Source: Chiloscyllium plagiosum (taxonomy: Eukaryota). Taken from it: 64,000 bases of DNA. Under the pieces are notes generated by a model that had not been told where the DNA came from, searched no databases, and saw only the letters and a list, made by a program, of their open reading frames with translations. Position 1 is the stretch's first letter. The number at the start of each line of letters is the position of its first letter. Position numbers and translations under genes: made by a program. The stretch lies in assembly GCF_004010195.1 (NCBI RefSeq), contig NC_057718.1, forward strand, positions 105,523,024 through 105,587,023. Direction: 5' to 3'. Below, piece by piece: positions 62,349 to 64,000 of the stretch.

Positions 62349-63082
62349 CTGTAGAGACAAGAAAATCAGCAAAAGCATTTATTATACATTGAACATCCCA
62401 TTTAATGTGAACAGGGCATTTCCACATTAGTGCATGCAGAAGACAGACAGGATGTGCTGCAATGAATACTGTCAGTTTATTATTCTTAGATTTAATTGTA
62501 TCACATATGCAAAGACCCAAAAGCACTCAGGATTGATGTCCATGAAACATTACAGGTGTGGCAGAAATGAATAGCATTAACACTAGTAGGTTAGCATCAG
62601 CAGAAAGATCTATAGCAATACAAATTCCAGATTTCAAATTTGATTAAATATAGAAGCAGCGAACCGTATTTAAAGGAAAAATATTAGCAAAGAGCACACG
62701 CCACAATCCGTTCTTTTCTGTTTTAAGAAACATCATCAGTAGTGGATGTGAGCAAGACTTTGTGCATGCTTAAAACACTTATATGCTGCAAGCTAGGTCT
62801 CAGTGGAAAGCCTTAAGTGCTTTTCTTTCCCATATTTACTTCCTAATTGCACTGCCATACTTAATGTGAACTAGCTGGAAGGTAGCTTCTGATATTTCAA
62901 GCAAGTGCAGATTGACAGTTTGGTTGGTACAGGTGCTGGCAGTATGAGCATCAGAAGTTACTACCTTCAGCATTTTTATTATTTTTGGTTTGGAGCTGCA
63001 AACTATAAGCTGAGAGCAGAAGGTGATCTTTGACCTGTGACAAGCAACTGGTTTTAAATGAGAGAGACAAACAGACTAAATT

Positions 63083-63804
63083 TGTTATAAGGCTAGGCCT
63101 GGAATTTATTTGCAGGTTGGTTTTTGTCCTATAATTGTCTATAGATATTTTAACACTGGAAAGGCATTATGCTCAAACAGATGGCAGATGCTTGAATGTT
63201 AACACGACCTGCCTCACAAGGAAGATAGCATTAAGAGACAGAGAAACCAACGTTTGCACTGTTTTGAACATTTTTTGTCAGAAGGAATGTGGCAACCATA
63301 GCTACAGGACAGAAATTCAATTGCTTCCTGGTTGTCCTCTCATAATCAATTTATTGACAGTTTGGAGAATAGAATCTTAGATATAAGCATTCACAGAATG
63401 TTCCTTGCTTTAGAAACCAAGCAGAATACAATCCCATGTTCCTATGAAATTGCGAATTGTGGAAACTGCTTAAGTGAACTGGACAATTACATCTCTCTTT
63501 TGATTTATTCCTTAAATGTGTGCGTGCTGTGTATCTGTCTGTCTGTGAGAGAGCAGGGCTAGAATCCAAGAAGATTGGGTTTAAATTATAGACATTAGTT
63601 AGGTTACTTTGTTGTTTAACATTGGTCAGCTAAAGCTGCTGTATTAAATAACAAATTGTTAATTATTTTATTTCAGCTATAAACTTGATCGCTATTATTG
63701 ATTATTCACAAAATCTGGTACTGATTATTCAAAAGTTTGGTTATGAATCACTGGGGAAATTGGGAGGGTTAGTTAATTTGGCTGTCTGTCACCAAATCAT
63801 GACA
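63083..63804 (+). mobile_element. Possible old solo LTR
   Basis: TGTTAT start and CATGACA end with LTR-like organisation; no clear TSD. Confidence 0.35.
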
Positions 63805-64000
63805 CTATAGTGGTGCCACAAGGCTGGGAACCAATGGTGCTGATGTACAATGATTCTAGATGCTGTCAACATTACTTCTGAGAATGTAACACTCACACTG
63901 AGCAGAGTAAAGTCTGGTCCAAAGAAACCTGGTGCAGTCAGGGGAACCCACTACGAGACAAGTGTTCCAGTGGACATTAAAAATCCAGCTGCCTTAATGT

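Overview
Vertebrate genomic DNA, most likely from a cartilaginous fish (shark), judged from HE1/V-SINE-like and Deu-SINE-like SINEs, shark-type CR1 LINEs and Neptune-type Penelope elements. The whole window lies inside the 3' half of EHBP1, transcribed on the minus strand. Five GT-AG exons join in frame (62247-62348, 56801-56931, 25897-26035, 25604-25713, 24532-24655) and reach the start of the C-terminal bMERB domain; I found no further exons, so the rest of the gene presumably lies outside the window. About 28.5-61.3 kb is dense with nested, decayed transposons (CR1, Penelope, Gypsy LTR with PBS and gag, solo LTRs, a Tigger-like MITE, SINEs). About 5-14.5 kb and 19-28.4 kb are almost free of recognisable transposons and contain enhancer-like blocks, as expected for the EHBP1-OTX1 regulatory landscape. 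Most unusual observations: (1) a 138-nt, apparently spliced kinesin-3 (KIF16B-like) mRNA fragment sits inside a Penelope pseudo-LTR (pLTR); (2) a perfect 317-bp inverted duplication surrounds a Penelope fragment; (3) about ten minimal hammerhead-ribozyme motifs lie in pLTRs; (4) several very short pLTR insertions have 6-15 bp direct repeats; (5) the 102-nt cassette-type exon is flanked by an identical 17-mer plus RBFOX/QKI motifs. Homology calls come from recognising sequence by eye; no database search was run. There are two N gaps.
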